Source: Podarcis erhardii (lineage: Eukaryota). Taken from it: a DNA stretch of 64,000 nt. Positions 36,636 to 47,744 of this stretch are shown here, piece after piece. The DNA lies in the NCBI GenBank assembly GCA_964252035.1, contig OZ176206.1; one strand, 5' to 3'. The notes under the pieces were generated by a model, which had not been told where the DNA came from, did not search any database, and saw nothing but the letters and a program-made list of their open reading frames with translations. The number at the start of each line of letters is the position of its first letter. Within the stretch, counting starts at the first letter, position 1. A program made the translations under genes and the position numbers.

Positions 36636-36772
36636 ATCCTGCCCATCTGACCAGGTTGCCCCAGTCACTCTGATTCACTTCCAACATATATAAAAACATA
36701 ATACAGCATTAAACATTAAACAAACCTTCGAATACAGGGCTGCCTTCAGATGTCTTCTAAAGGTTGTATAGT
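36599..36772 (-). mobile_element. L2 extreme 3' end with (CAT)n tail
   Basis: CCCATCTGACCAGGTTGCCCCAGTCACTCTG...TTCCAACA...CAGGGCTGCCTTCAGATGTCTTCTAAA, shared with the 50790 copy. Confidence 0.7.
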
Positions 36773-38864
36773 TATTTATGTCCTTGGCTCGGGGGGTCAC
36801 ATAACTCCCTACCCTCCAGCATTTCTCCAATGAAAATAGGGATGTCCTAAGGAAAAGCGGGACATTCTGGGATCAAATCAGAAACCGGGACAGCTTCTGT
36901 AAATCCAAGACCCTTGGAGGCTCTGCACATACCCACACACTCCTCTCTATTTTCCACTCAGGCAAACGAAAAGCATTATCAGAATTCAAGGACAAATCCT
37001 AGCCAGGCAAAAACTTGTCATAGGATGGGGAAAATGGGTCAGTGAGGGGTGTGGCCTAGGAAGAGGAGGCGTGACCTCAGGAGAGTTCCAAGTCTCAGAG
37101 GATCTCTAGCAAGAGAACACAATACACGTGCCTAAGAGCTTGGAGGACTGCAGCCTGAGGCCTGTTGTTAGTCTGGGTTAAGCCAGTGTCAGAGTTCAGG
37201 AAATAAACCCTGATGCATTAGTTGTCTTGTCTCAGCTGCTGCTTTCTGACCCTTTTTGTTGCATTTATATCTCACTTTTGCATTATTATTTTTAAAAATA
37301 AATTTTTAATGCCACACAAATGCACCCTAATTGCTCTTCTCCCCCTGCCCAAATTAATACATGATGTTGCAAGCGGCCACAGACTCCCACATGCCACACA
37401 AAGATGCTCTTGGTGCACAGTGAGTACTGGGGAAGTTAAAAAGGTGATTCTGGGGGAGGGGATAGTGTTACCTCATCCACACCCTCGTCTCCACTGGGAT
37501 ATCTCTCAGACAACTGAAGGAAGTGAGGACACTTTTAAAAAGAGAGATTTCTATCCCTGCTCTTAGAAACAAGATACCCCCCCCCAAAAAAAAATACAAA
37601 AATGCTATTTAAATTTTTCAAAATAGTCCCTTTAAACAGGGTAGCACAGAAACCACAGTCATCACATGGTCAGAAAATGTTACATAAACAAATTTTAGAA
37701 GGCCAGTTAAAAGCTGTCCATAATCATGATCCTGAGATTAAGCATCTCATCCTCTACTGATTGAGCTATGCAGCGTTAGTTATGGAAATGTGTGGGGATA
37801 CAAGCAAATGAATTTAGCATACAGAAGCATTAATCTCTCATTCAGTTCAATTCAAGCTCTGCTAGAGCAGTGTGGATAGGTCAAAGTATGTAGCAGGGGG
37901 AGAAGAGCAGTTAGGGGGCATTTGTGTGGTGTTAAAATTTGTGAATGGAATGAAGGAACCTTTTGCCTTAGCTGGAATTTAGAAGGCCTCATCCTTCAGA
38001 AATGTTGTGCCTCTTGGATGGCAAACACAGAAGGTAGCAGCAGTTGTAGAGCAGCTGTGCCTCTCTTTGAACTCTAAGGGGAACGCTTAGGGATGTGTGT
38101 GGAATTGCCTATAAAATGGGGGCCTTTCCGACAACCTGTTGGCAATCTGACAGGTCCGATGCCTTGAATGGGCATGTAATCATCTGAAAATCACATGCCA
38201 CTTGGTCGTAGATTACAGAAGTTACAGGCAGCAGATTTCTGCATCGGTTTGCCATCGAAAGCAGAGGGAAGCAAAACAGTGCAGGAATAATGAAAACAAA
38301 TGAACTGGTTTTGAATCAGTTATGAAAGCAAATGAAAAATAAGCGAATGAGCCATGAAACAACTGACACTTTCAATAATGAAAACGAATGAAGTCACTAA
38401 ATTGTGATTGTTACTATTATTCTAGCACGTGTCTATTGCACATCCCTGAGCTTGAATAAAGCATCAAAGTATGCACAGAGGCAACCCCTGTTAGCTTACC
38501 AAACAAAGTCCTAGCCTTGGCCTATGCAGGTCCCAATTCAGTCTTTACTGGGCTGTAATGCATACCCTGAGCTCCGCACAAACAGGGGCTCTAACTTCAT
38601 TTTCAGTATGGAGCTTCATCTGCATCTGAACTGTAAGCAAGAAGCTTCCCTTTTGAATGAATGAATGACTGAATGACTGAAGTCCTCAGTACGATAGAGC
38701 TCTATGTGTGCATTAGAGCTGATGGATGGAGATTTTTTGAGTCATTACTATGTCTGATTTATCTTCTAAAGAAGCAGAGGAGCTGGCAGGCTATGGGCTT
38801 AATCTGCCACTAGAGCAGTTTTTCTTGCTAGAAATTGAGGCTGTGGGATAAATTTTGAAGGCGA

Positions 38865-39215
38865 ATTTGCCTAATTTGCACTGACCAAAACAACCGATAA
38901 AGTCAAACACAGCTGTCCTTCAAAATTCACAGTTCTCTGAATTTTGCGGTGTCGTTCTCCACCCCCCCAAAACGTGCACACATAAATGCATTTATTATGG
39001 GGAAATGTGCAACGCAATGTACATATATTTGTGAAAAGTGCCTTCTATTAGGCAGAATTGCAAGCAAACATGTGCATATTAGGGAAGATGCACATTAACT
39101 GCATTTCAGCGAGTTCTTTCTTGTGTAGTAGTAGTGATCACAATTAATAATAACAAGTGACTAATGGAGAAATGTGGAGAAGTGAACTTGAGTGGGAAAA
39201 TGAGAAACTTGAGAG
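38865..39215. mobile_element. AT-rich hAT/Ac-like repeat, partial
   Basis: GAAGGCGAATTTGCCTAATTTGCAC...CAGCTGTCCTTCAAAATTCAC...AAATGTGGAGAAGTGAAC. Confidence 0.5.
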
Positions 39216-39452
39216 GAAACAAAGTGAAGAGATTGTACATCAATGACATGTTCTTGGCTTCTTTTTTTGCAATTGCTATTGTGCCTCGTGATGCACATCA
39301 GAGGCACATTTGGCTCAATCACCCATCCATGATCCCCCGCCTTCAGAAATGTGGACCTGGCTTTATTTTGTTGTGTTCCTCATTCAAAAGCCCAAATGAA
39401 TGCCAACCTAAATGGTGGCTGCACAACTGCCTGAATTGTGCATCATCTAATG

Positions 39453-39673
39453 CAGGCACATCTAACAGGTAGATCGTGATCTACCAGTAGATCACTGGGT
39501 GTCTGTGGTAGATCACTGGTAGATCACTGGCTCCCCCAAAGAAGCTCAACGACATTGGCTTCCCTTAAAAAAATTTCAAGAACTTTGACCTGAATCCCTA
39601 AATAGGCGGTGGATCACTGCCAGTTTTTAACTCTGTGAGTAGATCGCAGTCTCTTGGGAGTTGGCCGCCCTTG
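39453..39673. mobile_element. hAT-like MITE with internal GGTAGATC repeats
   Basis: Ends CAGGCACATCTAAC...GTTGGCCGCCCTTG; several GTAGATCAC repeats. Confidence 0.55.
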
Positions 39674-39677
39674 ATTA

Positions 39678-39919
39678 CAGTGGTACCTCGGGTTAAGTAC
39701 TTAATTCGTTCCGGAGGTCTGTTCTTAACCTGAAACTGTTCTTAACCTGAAGCACCACTTTAGCTAATGGGGCCTCCCGCTGCTGCCGTGCCGCTGGAGC
39801 ACGATTTCTGTTCTCATCCTGAAGCAAAGTTCTTAACCTGAGGTACTATTTCTGGGTTAGCGGAGTCTGTAACCTGAAGCATCTGTAACCTGAAGCGTAT
39901 GTAATCTGAGGTATCACTG
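39678..39919 (-). mobile_element. Tc1/mariner-type MITE
   Basis: TA|CAGTGGTACCTCGGG...GAGGTATCACTG|TA. Confidence 0.9.
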
Positions 39920-40170
39920 TATCAAGATTTGCTTAGAACTGGCATGGGGAGCCTCTGGCTCACAGGCCCAGTTAGCTTTGCTAGGCTTCCCCATTTGGCC
40001 CGTGAGACCATCTTGGCCAAACCATGCTCACCTGCCCTACCCCTGATGTCATATAGGATATCAGGTGGAGGGCTGGCAAAGGCATGGCTGGGCCAAAAGC
40101 AGTTATTCAGACACTGGCAATCAGTAGGTTGGTAGGTTGCCAGCAAAGCCCTATGTTAAGAACCTGCAAA

Positions 40171-40231
40171 GTACTATTTCTGGGTTGGTGGAGTCTGTAA
40201 CCTGAAGCGTCTGTAACCCGAGGTACCACTG
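40171..40231 (-). mobile_element. Terminal 61-bp piece of the same Tc1/mariner MITE
   Basis: GTACTATTTCTGGGTT...CCCGAGGTACCACTG|TA; one TIR only. Confidence 0.85.
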
Positions 40232-40358
40232 TATTCTAATGCATAGAATCACCGCTTCCCCTCTGCCCAAGATCTCAGCAGGGATGGGGGGGGGGGGGAC
40301 ACACCAAGCCCTTGCTAGCTTGCAATGTGGTTGGGAGGCTTACCTATAAAATCAAGTA

Positions 40359-40563
40359 CAGTGGTACCTCAGGTTACAGACGCTTCAGGTTACCCAGAAA
40401 TAGTACCTCAGGTTAAGAACTTTGCTTCAGGATGAGAACAGAAATCGCGCAGCGGTGGCAGCAGGAGGCCCCATTAGCTAAAGTGGTACCTCAGGTTAAG
40501 AACAGTTTCAGGTTAAGAACGGACCTCCAGAACAAATTAAGTTCTTAACCCGAGGTACCACTG
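40359..40563 (+). mobile_element. Tc1/mariner-type MITE (shorter variant)
   Basis: TA|CAGTGGTACCTCAGG...CGAGGTACCACTG|TA. Confidence 0.9.
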
Positions 40564-41689
40564 TACACGGTTTTTATTTCGGGAGCAGATATTTACAACA
40601 TCTCTTTTCTGAACCCTGGAATGCTAACTGGAGAGAGCAGTGACCTCTCAGGGATAAATGCCACTCCTGCCGCGAAGTAACATCTTCAGGGCTGTGGCAA
40701 CCTTGCAGGGTGGAAGATACAGCTGGGTGACCCTCGTTTCCCTCTCTTTTTTGCCGTGCCTTTGCAATGAAGCTGGCACGGTTCTGGCACCCCGCTGTCA
40801 CCTCCTTGTCTTCCTCCTTCTGGTGCCCCCAGGTCCTCTTAATTTCCCCCTTCCCTCTCTCACATTCTGCCCATGTCCGCACCCTCATTAATCAACGTCA
40901 ACTAGCAGAGAGGACAACAAGGGCGGTATTCTTCAGCTGCCCCCTCAGTCTTCATACATCCCATTGTTCTGGAGGGCGGAGAAGAAGGGGGGGAAAACCT
41001 GATTCAAATGCCCCAAAACAGCCAATGCAGCACTTAAAAGGGATGAGACAAAAATGGAAAGAATTGAAAGTGTGTGTGTGTATGTGTGTGTGCGCACGCG
41101 GGGAGATTTATAAAATAAATAACTCAAATTAAAAAGAGAGCAGGCATTTCCCCACCCCGATCTCTCGAATAAATAACTCTGGCAATGATAATTTAAATTA
41201 TTCATACATTTCTGAAAACATCCATTGAAACGGGAAGTCTATGATGCTCTTTGTCTTTCCCCCCTCTTGTCTCTTGTTTGCGATTAACCTTTACTGTAAC
41301 TTGGGCAGGCTGTGGCGTTTTCACAAAGGCCGGCCTTTTCCTTCCATGGGAAAATATGTTTTGTCGGATCGAAATGAAAGAAGGGAGGGGAGCAACCGTT
41401 TTGAGTGGAGGTATTTTGTGCTGATGCTGCTGATTCTTAGAGATGAGCCTTTGATTGGTCCATTGCCAAAGGCCAAGATCTGCCTGTACGAGGCCGGCCA
41501 GAGGCGTACAAAGCACGCTTGCAAGCTCTTCACGTTGTCCATGCTTGGCACAAGGAATGACTCAGGCGCCAAGAGCCTGGACAGCACTTGCTAGCCAGCT
41601 GGGGTTTGCTCTGCTTAAGTGGGAATAGATGCATATTCTTAGTGAAGAGCCCATGGAGGAGAGGGAGTTACACTCAGCATATTTTAAAC

Positions 41690-41952
41690 CAGGGCCTCCC
41701 AAACTTGAGCCTCCAGCTCAGCGGTTCTCAACCTGTGGGTCCCCACATGTTATTGGACTACAACTCCCACCATCCCTAGGCCAGAGCTCAGGGATGATGG
41801 GAGTTGTAGTCCAACAACACCTGGGGACCCACAGGTTGAGAACCACTGCTCCAGCTGGTGTTTTGGGACTACAATTCCCATCACCACTGGTCCTGCTAGC
41901 TAGGAATGATGGGAGTTGTAGTCCAAATCCGATCCAAATTTGGGAAACCCTG
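41690..41952. mobile_element. hAT MITE (outer) carrying a nested MITE
   Basis: TIR CAGGGCCTCCCAAA...TTTGGGAAACCCTG; perfect 8-bp TSD TTTTAAAC (41682-41689, 41953-41960). Confidence 0.88.
41719..41848. mobile_element. Palindromic hAT MITE (inner; same family as 7864)
   Basis: CAGCGGTTCTCAACC...GGTTGAGAACCACTG; perfect 8-bp TSD CTCCAGCT (41711-41718, 41849-41856). Confidence 0.9.
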
Positions 41953-42104
41953 TTTTAAACTCAGCATCTTCTACTTTTTGGACTGCTTTTCTCTTTAGGC
42001 TTTGTGTTCTTCTGTCCGCCTTGTATTTTTTCCCAAAGGAGGTCTAAGGTCAGACAGGGAGGACCACAGTTCAGCCACAAAAACATCTGCTTTGCCTAGG
42101 TTCA

Positions 42105-42222
42105 GTCATAAAAAGTCTAAGAAGAGCCTGCTGGATCCGACCAATGGTCACTCTATCCCTGCATCCTGTTCTCACAGTGGCCAACCAGGTGCCTGTGGGA
42201 AATCCACAAGTAGGATTCAAGC

Positions 42223-42266
<44 letters not shown>

Positions 42267-42980
42267 TTCATTTGTATGCCACACATCTGAATGGGTTGCC
42301 CCAGCCACTCTTCTCTCCTGTGGCCTCAGCAACTGGTATTCAGAAGCATTGCTACCTCCTACTGCAGAGGCAAAAAAGCAGAGACATCACCTTGCCAACA
42401 AAGGCCCGTATAGTTAAAGCTATGGTTTTCCCAGTAGTGATGTATGGAAGTGAGAGCTGGACCATAAAGAAGGCTGATCGCTGAAGAATTGATGCTTTTG
42501 AATTATGGTGCTGGAGGAGACTCTTGAGAGTCCCATTCTTAAGGAAATCAGCCCTTAGTGCTCACTGGAAGGACAGATCCTGAAGCTGAGGCTCCAGTAC
42601 TTTGGCCACCTCATGAGAAGAGATGACTCCCTGGAAAAGACCCTGATGTTGGGAAAGATTGAGGGCACAAGGAGAAGGGGACGACAGAGGACGAGATTGT
42701 TGGACAGTGTTCTCAAGGCTACCAGCATGAGTTTGACCAAACTGAGGGAGGCAGCGGAAGACAGGAGTGCCTGGCGTGCTCTGGTCCACAGGGTCATGAA
42801 GAGTCGGACACAACTAAACGACTAAACAACAACAACTGCAGAGGCAGAACATCCATTGACAAGCCTTCTCCGTGAATTCATCTAATCCTCTTTTAAAGCC
42901 TAGGTTTGTGTCCCTCACTGCCTCCTGTAGGAGTGATTTCCATAGTTTAACTATGTGGTGCATGAAGACGTACTTTCTGA
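42105..42980 (-). mobile_element. Old CR1 3' end interrupted by an L2 tail ((AAT)n, ~42224-42310) and a BovB fragment
   Basis: AAGAGCCTGCTGGATC...TTCTCACAGTGGCCAACCAG...CAGCAACTGGTATTCAGA, continuing after BovB with GAATTCATCTAATCCTCTTTTAAAGCC...TTCCATAGTTTAACTATG. Confidence 0.7.
42373..42834 (+). mobile_element. BovB (RTE) LINE 3' fragment
   Basis: SRDITLPTKARIVKAMVFPVVMYGSESWT and EKTLMLGKIEG.RRRGRQR; (AAC)n tail; 12-bp TSD ACTGCAGAGGCA (42361-42372, 42835-42846). Confidence 0.92.
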
Positions 42981-43560
42981 AGAAGACCCCTGGCATCTCC
43001 AGGTGGTCCAAAGCCCTGGAGATCCACTACCAGTCAGTGTGGGAAGCAATGAGCTGCCCACTAATCAGTTCCACTCATCTAGTTTTGGACCCTGCCCATA
43101 CAGTGTGCTTCACAGCCCTAAATGGCTTAGGTCCAGGATGCCTGATCCTCCCAGTCCATTCAGTGAGGTCATTTGGAGAAGTTCTTTTACATGCCTCTCC
43201 ACTCCCCTTGCAGTGAAGGCTGGTCCATTAGGGTGAACAGGGCCCTGCCCTGCCAACCTCAGCCTGCTCTCCACCAGCTCCCACCTGCCTGCCTGCCTTC
43301 TTATATATCACTGGTCCAGGGAGGGGCATGGCCTGCCAGCCTCCTCCTTGTCAGCCCCAGAGTTGCCTCTTGTAGAACTCAGCAGAGAAAAAGATGGGGG
43401 AAGCACTATAGCTGTCTCCTCCTGTCATTGTCTGTAGTGGCACTTTCTCTTGGCATCTACCACCATTGCTCACCTCCACCCAAGGCATTCTCAGTGCATG
43501 CACCTCTGAAACTCTTTGCCCTAGGAAATCCATTCTGACCCCTCCTTGATGACATCCCAT

Positions 43561-44056
43561 NNNNNNNNNNNNNNNNNNNNNNNNNNNNNNNNNNNNNNNN
43601 NNNNNNNNNNNNNNNNNNNNNNNNNNNNNNNNNNNNNNNNNNNNNNNNNNNNNNNNNNNNNNNNNNNNNNNNNNNNNNNNNNNNNNNNNNNNNNNNNNNN
43701 NNNNNNNNNNNNNNNNNNNNNNNNNNNNNNNNNNNNNNNNNNNNNNNNNNNNNNNNNNNNNNNNNNNNNNNNNNNNNNNNNNNNNNNNNNNNNNNNNNNN
43801 NNNNNNNNNNNNNNNNNNNNNNNNNNNNNNNNNNNNNNNNNNNNNNNNNNNNNNNNNNNNNNNNNNNNNNNNNNNNNNNNNNNNNNNNNNNNNNNNNNNN
43901 NNNNNNNNNNNNNNNNNNNNNNNNNNNNNNNNNNNNNNNNNNNNNNNNNNNNNNNNNNNNNNNNNNNNNNNNNNNNNNNNNNNNNNNNNNNNNNNNNNNN
44001 NNNNNNNNNNNNNNNNNNNNNNNNNNNNNNNNNNNNNNNNNNNNNNNNNNNNNNNN
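43561..44056. other. Assembly gap (496 N)
   Basis: Run of N. Confidence 1.
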
Positions 44057-44173
44057 CAATTGGTTAAATACACCCTTTCATTGTTAAAGAATGAATCTCC
44101 CTGCCCCCAAATCCTCATTTGTTCTCAAATCTTACATAGCATCACCAATGACAAAAACAACAAAAGCGTACTA

Positions 44174-44661
44174 CAGTGGTACTTTGGGTTACAGGCACTT
44201 CAGGTTACAAACGCTTCAGGTTACAGACTCCGCTAACCCAGAAATAGTAGAATCATAGAATCATAGAATCATAGAGTTGGAAGAGACCACAAGGGCCATC
44301 GAGTCCAACCCCCTGCCAAGCAGGAAACACCATCAGAGCACTCCTGACATTTGGTTGTCAAGCCTCTGCTTAAAGACCTCCAAAGAAGGAGACTCCACCA
44401 CACTCCTTGGCAGCAAATTCCACTGTCGAACAGCTCTTACTGTCAGGAAGTTCTTCCTAATGTTTAGGTGGAATCTTTTTTCTTGTAGTTTGGAACCTCA
44501 GGTTAAGAACGTTGCTACAGGATGAGAACAGAAATCGTGCTCCAGTGGTGCAGCGGCAGCAGGAGGCCCCATTAGCTAAAGTGGTGCTTCAGGTTAAGAA
44601 CAGTTTCAGGTTAAGAACGGACCTCTGGAACAACTTAAGTACTTAACCCGAGGTACTACTG
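44174..44661 (+). mobile_element. Tc1/mariner-type MITE interrupted by CR1
   Basis: TA|CAGTGGTACTT...AGGTACTACTG|TA; body split at GAAATAGT/ACCTCAGG. Confidence 0.88.
44249..44497 (-). mobile_element. CR1 3' fragment, young (same subfamily as 3419)
   Basis: Two substitutions over about 240 nt versus 3419-3659, plus one extra tail unit. Confidence 0.93.
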
Positions 44662-44937
44662 TACTTTAGTCTTCATTACACACTACTAACTCCTACGGAC
44701 ATCAACACCAATGGGAAAGACAGTTTCCTAGAACCACTGGGAAATGTAGTTTCCTTGGTCACCTCCGCACCATGCCTTTCAAGCCACCTTATCCTACTCC
44801 AGCAACCATCGATTCCTCCAAAAGTCCTGGGAAGCATAGTTTGCTAAGGGTGCTGAGAGCTGATAGGAGACTCCACACAGAGGGACAATTCCCAGCACCT
44901 TTAACAAGCTGCAGTCCCCATAATTCTTTGCAGGAAG

Positions 44938-45072
44938 CAGGGCTTTTTTCCCAGCCAGAGTTCACCAGAGCTCAGCTCCTGCACCTCTCAGGTTGGCACT
45001 ATTGCTATTCTAAGTGAACAAGGAAGAAGTTCATGGCGACCTCAGGGACCTCTTTTTAGAAAAACAGCACTG
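44938..45072. mobile_element. hAT MITE (CAGGGCTTTTTT family)
   Basis: Same ends and internal CACCTCTCAGGT...GAACAAGG as the 34595 copy. Confidence 0.7.
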
Positions 45073-45132
45073 GGGGAAGCCACAACTACTAAAGTGAGAT
45101 GAGAGCGCTTTAAATGCATGGTGTAGATATGA

Positions 45133-45593
45133 CAACGACAAAGGTCCATATAGTTAAAGCTATGGTTTTCCCAGTAGTGATGTATGGAAGTGAAAGCTGG
45201 ACCATAAAGAAGGCTGATCGCCAAAGAATTGATGCTTTTGAATTATGGTGCTGGAGGAGACTCTTGAGAGTCTCATGGACTGCAAGAAGATCAAACCTCT
45301 CCATTCTTAAGGAAATCAGCCCTGAGTGCTCACTGGAAGGACAGATCCTGAAGCTGAGGCTCCAATACTTTGGCCACCTCATGAGAAGAGAAGACTCTCT
45401 GCAAAAGACCCTGATGTTGGGAAAGATTGAGGGCACAAGGAGAAGGGGACGTCAGCAGACGAGATGGTTGGACAGTGTTTGACCAAACTGCGAGAAGCAG
45501 TGGAAGACAGGAGTGCCTGGCGTGCTCTGCTCCATGGGGTCATGAAGAGTTAGACACTACTAAACAACTAAACAACAACAACAACAGCAGCAA
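45133..45593 (+). mobile_element. BovB (RTE) LINE 3' fragment
   Basis: IVKAMVFPVVMYGSESWTIKKADRQRIDAFELWCWRRLLRVSWTARRSN...LKLRLQYFGHLMRREDSLQKTLMLGKIEG; (AAC)n tail; 8-bp TSD AGATATGA (45125-45132, 45594-45601). Confidence 0.92.
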
Positions 45594-46134
45594 AGATATG
45601 AAGAACTGAGGTGCCCTAGAGAACTTTGTTTCTGGATAGTTTTGGTGCCCTCAAAGAATGCAGCAGCAAAACTCTTGCTTTCTTTCTTTTCTTTTTACAA
45701 AGAAAGGGAAGGGGGGCCAATTTCAGGCTGATCCCAAATTTTAGATAGGCTTGGGTTCAGCTTGAAATGAGCACAGTAGTTGCAAACAGAAAAAGTGCAT
45801 ACTCCAATTTCTCACTTCAGCTGCTTCGCTCTGTGAAACAGATTGGCACCAGGCACCCACCCACCCAAACACACACTGTGGTGTTCTGCCACCTTGCGAA
45901 TCTGAACTCAAGTTTTGTTATCATGGAGCTGTTTGTTCATAATTCGGCTTTTTTCAGTTGAACCTACATTGCAGGCAACAGTGTTTATTTAACCAAATGT
46001 GTTTCAGGCAATCTGGAAGAGCATATGTTGAAAAATGGAAAGGGCAGTAAATATCCCTAAATCATATTCCTGGCAATATGATATTTGGCTGCATGTTACT
46101 ACAATATTTTTTTATTTAAAAATTGGCTGTGAAC

Positions 46135-46139
<5 letters not shown>

Positions 46140-46220
<81 letters not shown>
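46140..46220. repeat. (CT)n(CA)n compound microsatellite
   Basis: Visible directly. Confidence 0.95.
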
Positions 46221-46223
<3 letters not shown>

Positions 46224-46793
46224 GAAGTTTTCTGGATCTTCCCTTGGCTCACGGTTTCGGATTAGTGGTAATCCAGGCTAATTTTATGTATAGTTTATAT
46301 GAAGTAATGGGCAGACTTCAGAAGGCTTGGGGGATTAATTTGAGTGCATATTAATATCCTGATTTTCTGAGGTTGTTTGCGTAAGATGCTCGCCAGGCTA
46401 CTGCTTTCCATGCTTCCTATTGGTTTGGCACAGAGAGGTTTCGTGCATATTTACCATATTATGCTGAGAATGTTTACCCATAAGTAACTTTAAGTAAGTC
46501 TCACTCCATACTATTATTCTCACCGGGGAAGTTTGAAGCATTTGATCTTTTCCTTCATTGCAATCTTTTCATTGCATCTTTTCCTGCAGTGCAAATCCAC
46601 ACCTCCTGAACTAAGGTGGATTAGAACTGCAGTTTTTTAAAAAAAAAACTCAGTGGGGCTTACATCTGAGTAGATATGCATAAAATTATAGAATTGTAGA
46701 GTTGGAAGGGACCAAAGGGTCCTCTAGTCCACCCCCTGCAATTGCACAGTTAATTACTCAGCAGCTTTCACACTTCCCAAATCTTACAGTGCA

Positions 46794-47150
46794 GTAAAGG
46801 TAAAGGACCCCTGACAGTTAAGTCCAGTCGCAAACGACTCTGGGGTTGCGGCGCTCATCTCGCTTTACTGGCCGAGGGAGCCAATGTTTGTCTGCAGACC
46901 GTTTTTCCAGGTCATGTGGCCAGCATGACTAAGCTGCTTCTGGCAAAACCAGAGCAGCGCACGGAAACGCCATTTACCTTCCCGCCGCAGCAGTACCTAT
47001 TCATCTACTTGCACTTTGATGTGCTTTCAAACTGCTAGGTTGGCAGGAGCTGGGACTGAGCAACGGGAGCTCACCCCATCACAAGGATTCGAACCGCCGA
47101 CCTTCTGATTGGCAAGCCCTAGGCTCAGTGGTTTAGACCACAGCACCACC
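46794..47150 (-). mobile_element. Sauria SINE (Squam1)
   Basis: GTAAAGGTAAAGG tail complement; GGATTCGAACC; ends CACAGCACCACC. Confidence 0.9.
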
Positions 47151-47744
47151 ATACATTATTTGGAAAGGAAACACATTTAGAAACTTTCAAGAGAAATTTT
47201 GAGAGAAGAATAGCCTTAGAAAAATGTGTTCAAGTATGATTTCCTTTCTTGTTGCTGCTTTGATGCAGGATAAAACAGACTTGAGAGTAGGGATATCAAA
47301 GAATTCAGACAAAAGTGGTAATAATAGCAGAAATCACTGGTGTTCACTTATTTGTCCATTTCCGGAAAGGAAATCAAGCTCTTTTTCTTGTTTGTCAACC
47401 AGCAAACAATTGACCCATTTAAATTGTGTTTCCTTTCCATTGAAATAATTTTGTCATTAATTACATTTAATTAATCAATTGTGCAATTGATAACATAAAT
47501 TATGTTAAATAGTGGACAGTGAGACAAATAATATAGTGCTTGGTGGAAACTGAACTGCAGCAGAACAGAAACAGTGCTAATTGTGAAGAAGACAGGGCAG
47601 AGCAGGTCAATGGCCCATCTAGTCCAACCTGCTGTTTTCACAGAAGCCAACCAGATGCCTATGAAAAACCAGGAAGTGGGACTTGACACCACTCTCCCCA
47701 CTTGTGATTCCCAGCAACTGGGTATGGCCATTGATTTCTGAGTA

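Noticed and set aside
41241-41594. 117-aa ORF in unique sequence
   Set aside because: No recognisable domain, splice context or coding bias; length is within chance for 64 kb.
43351-44118. Long ORFs in the track spanning 43.4-44.1 kb
   Set aside because: Artefacts of the N gap.
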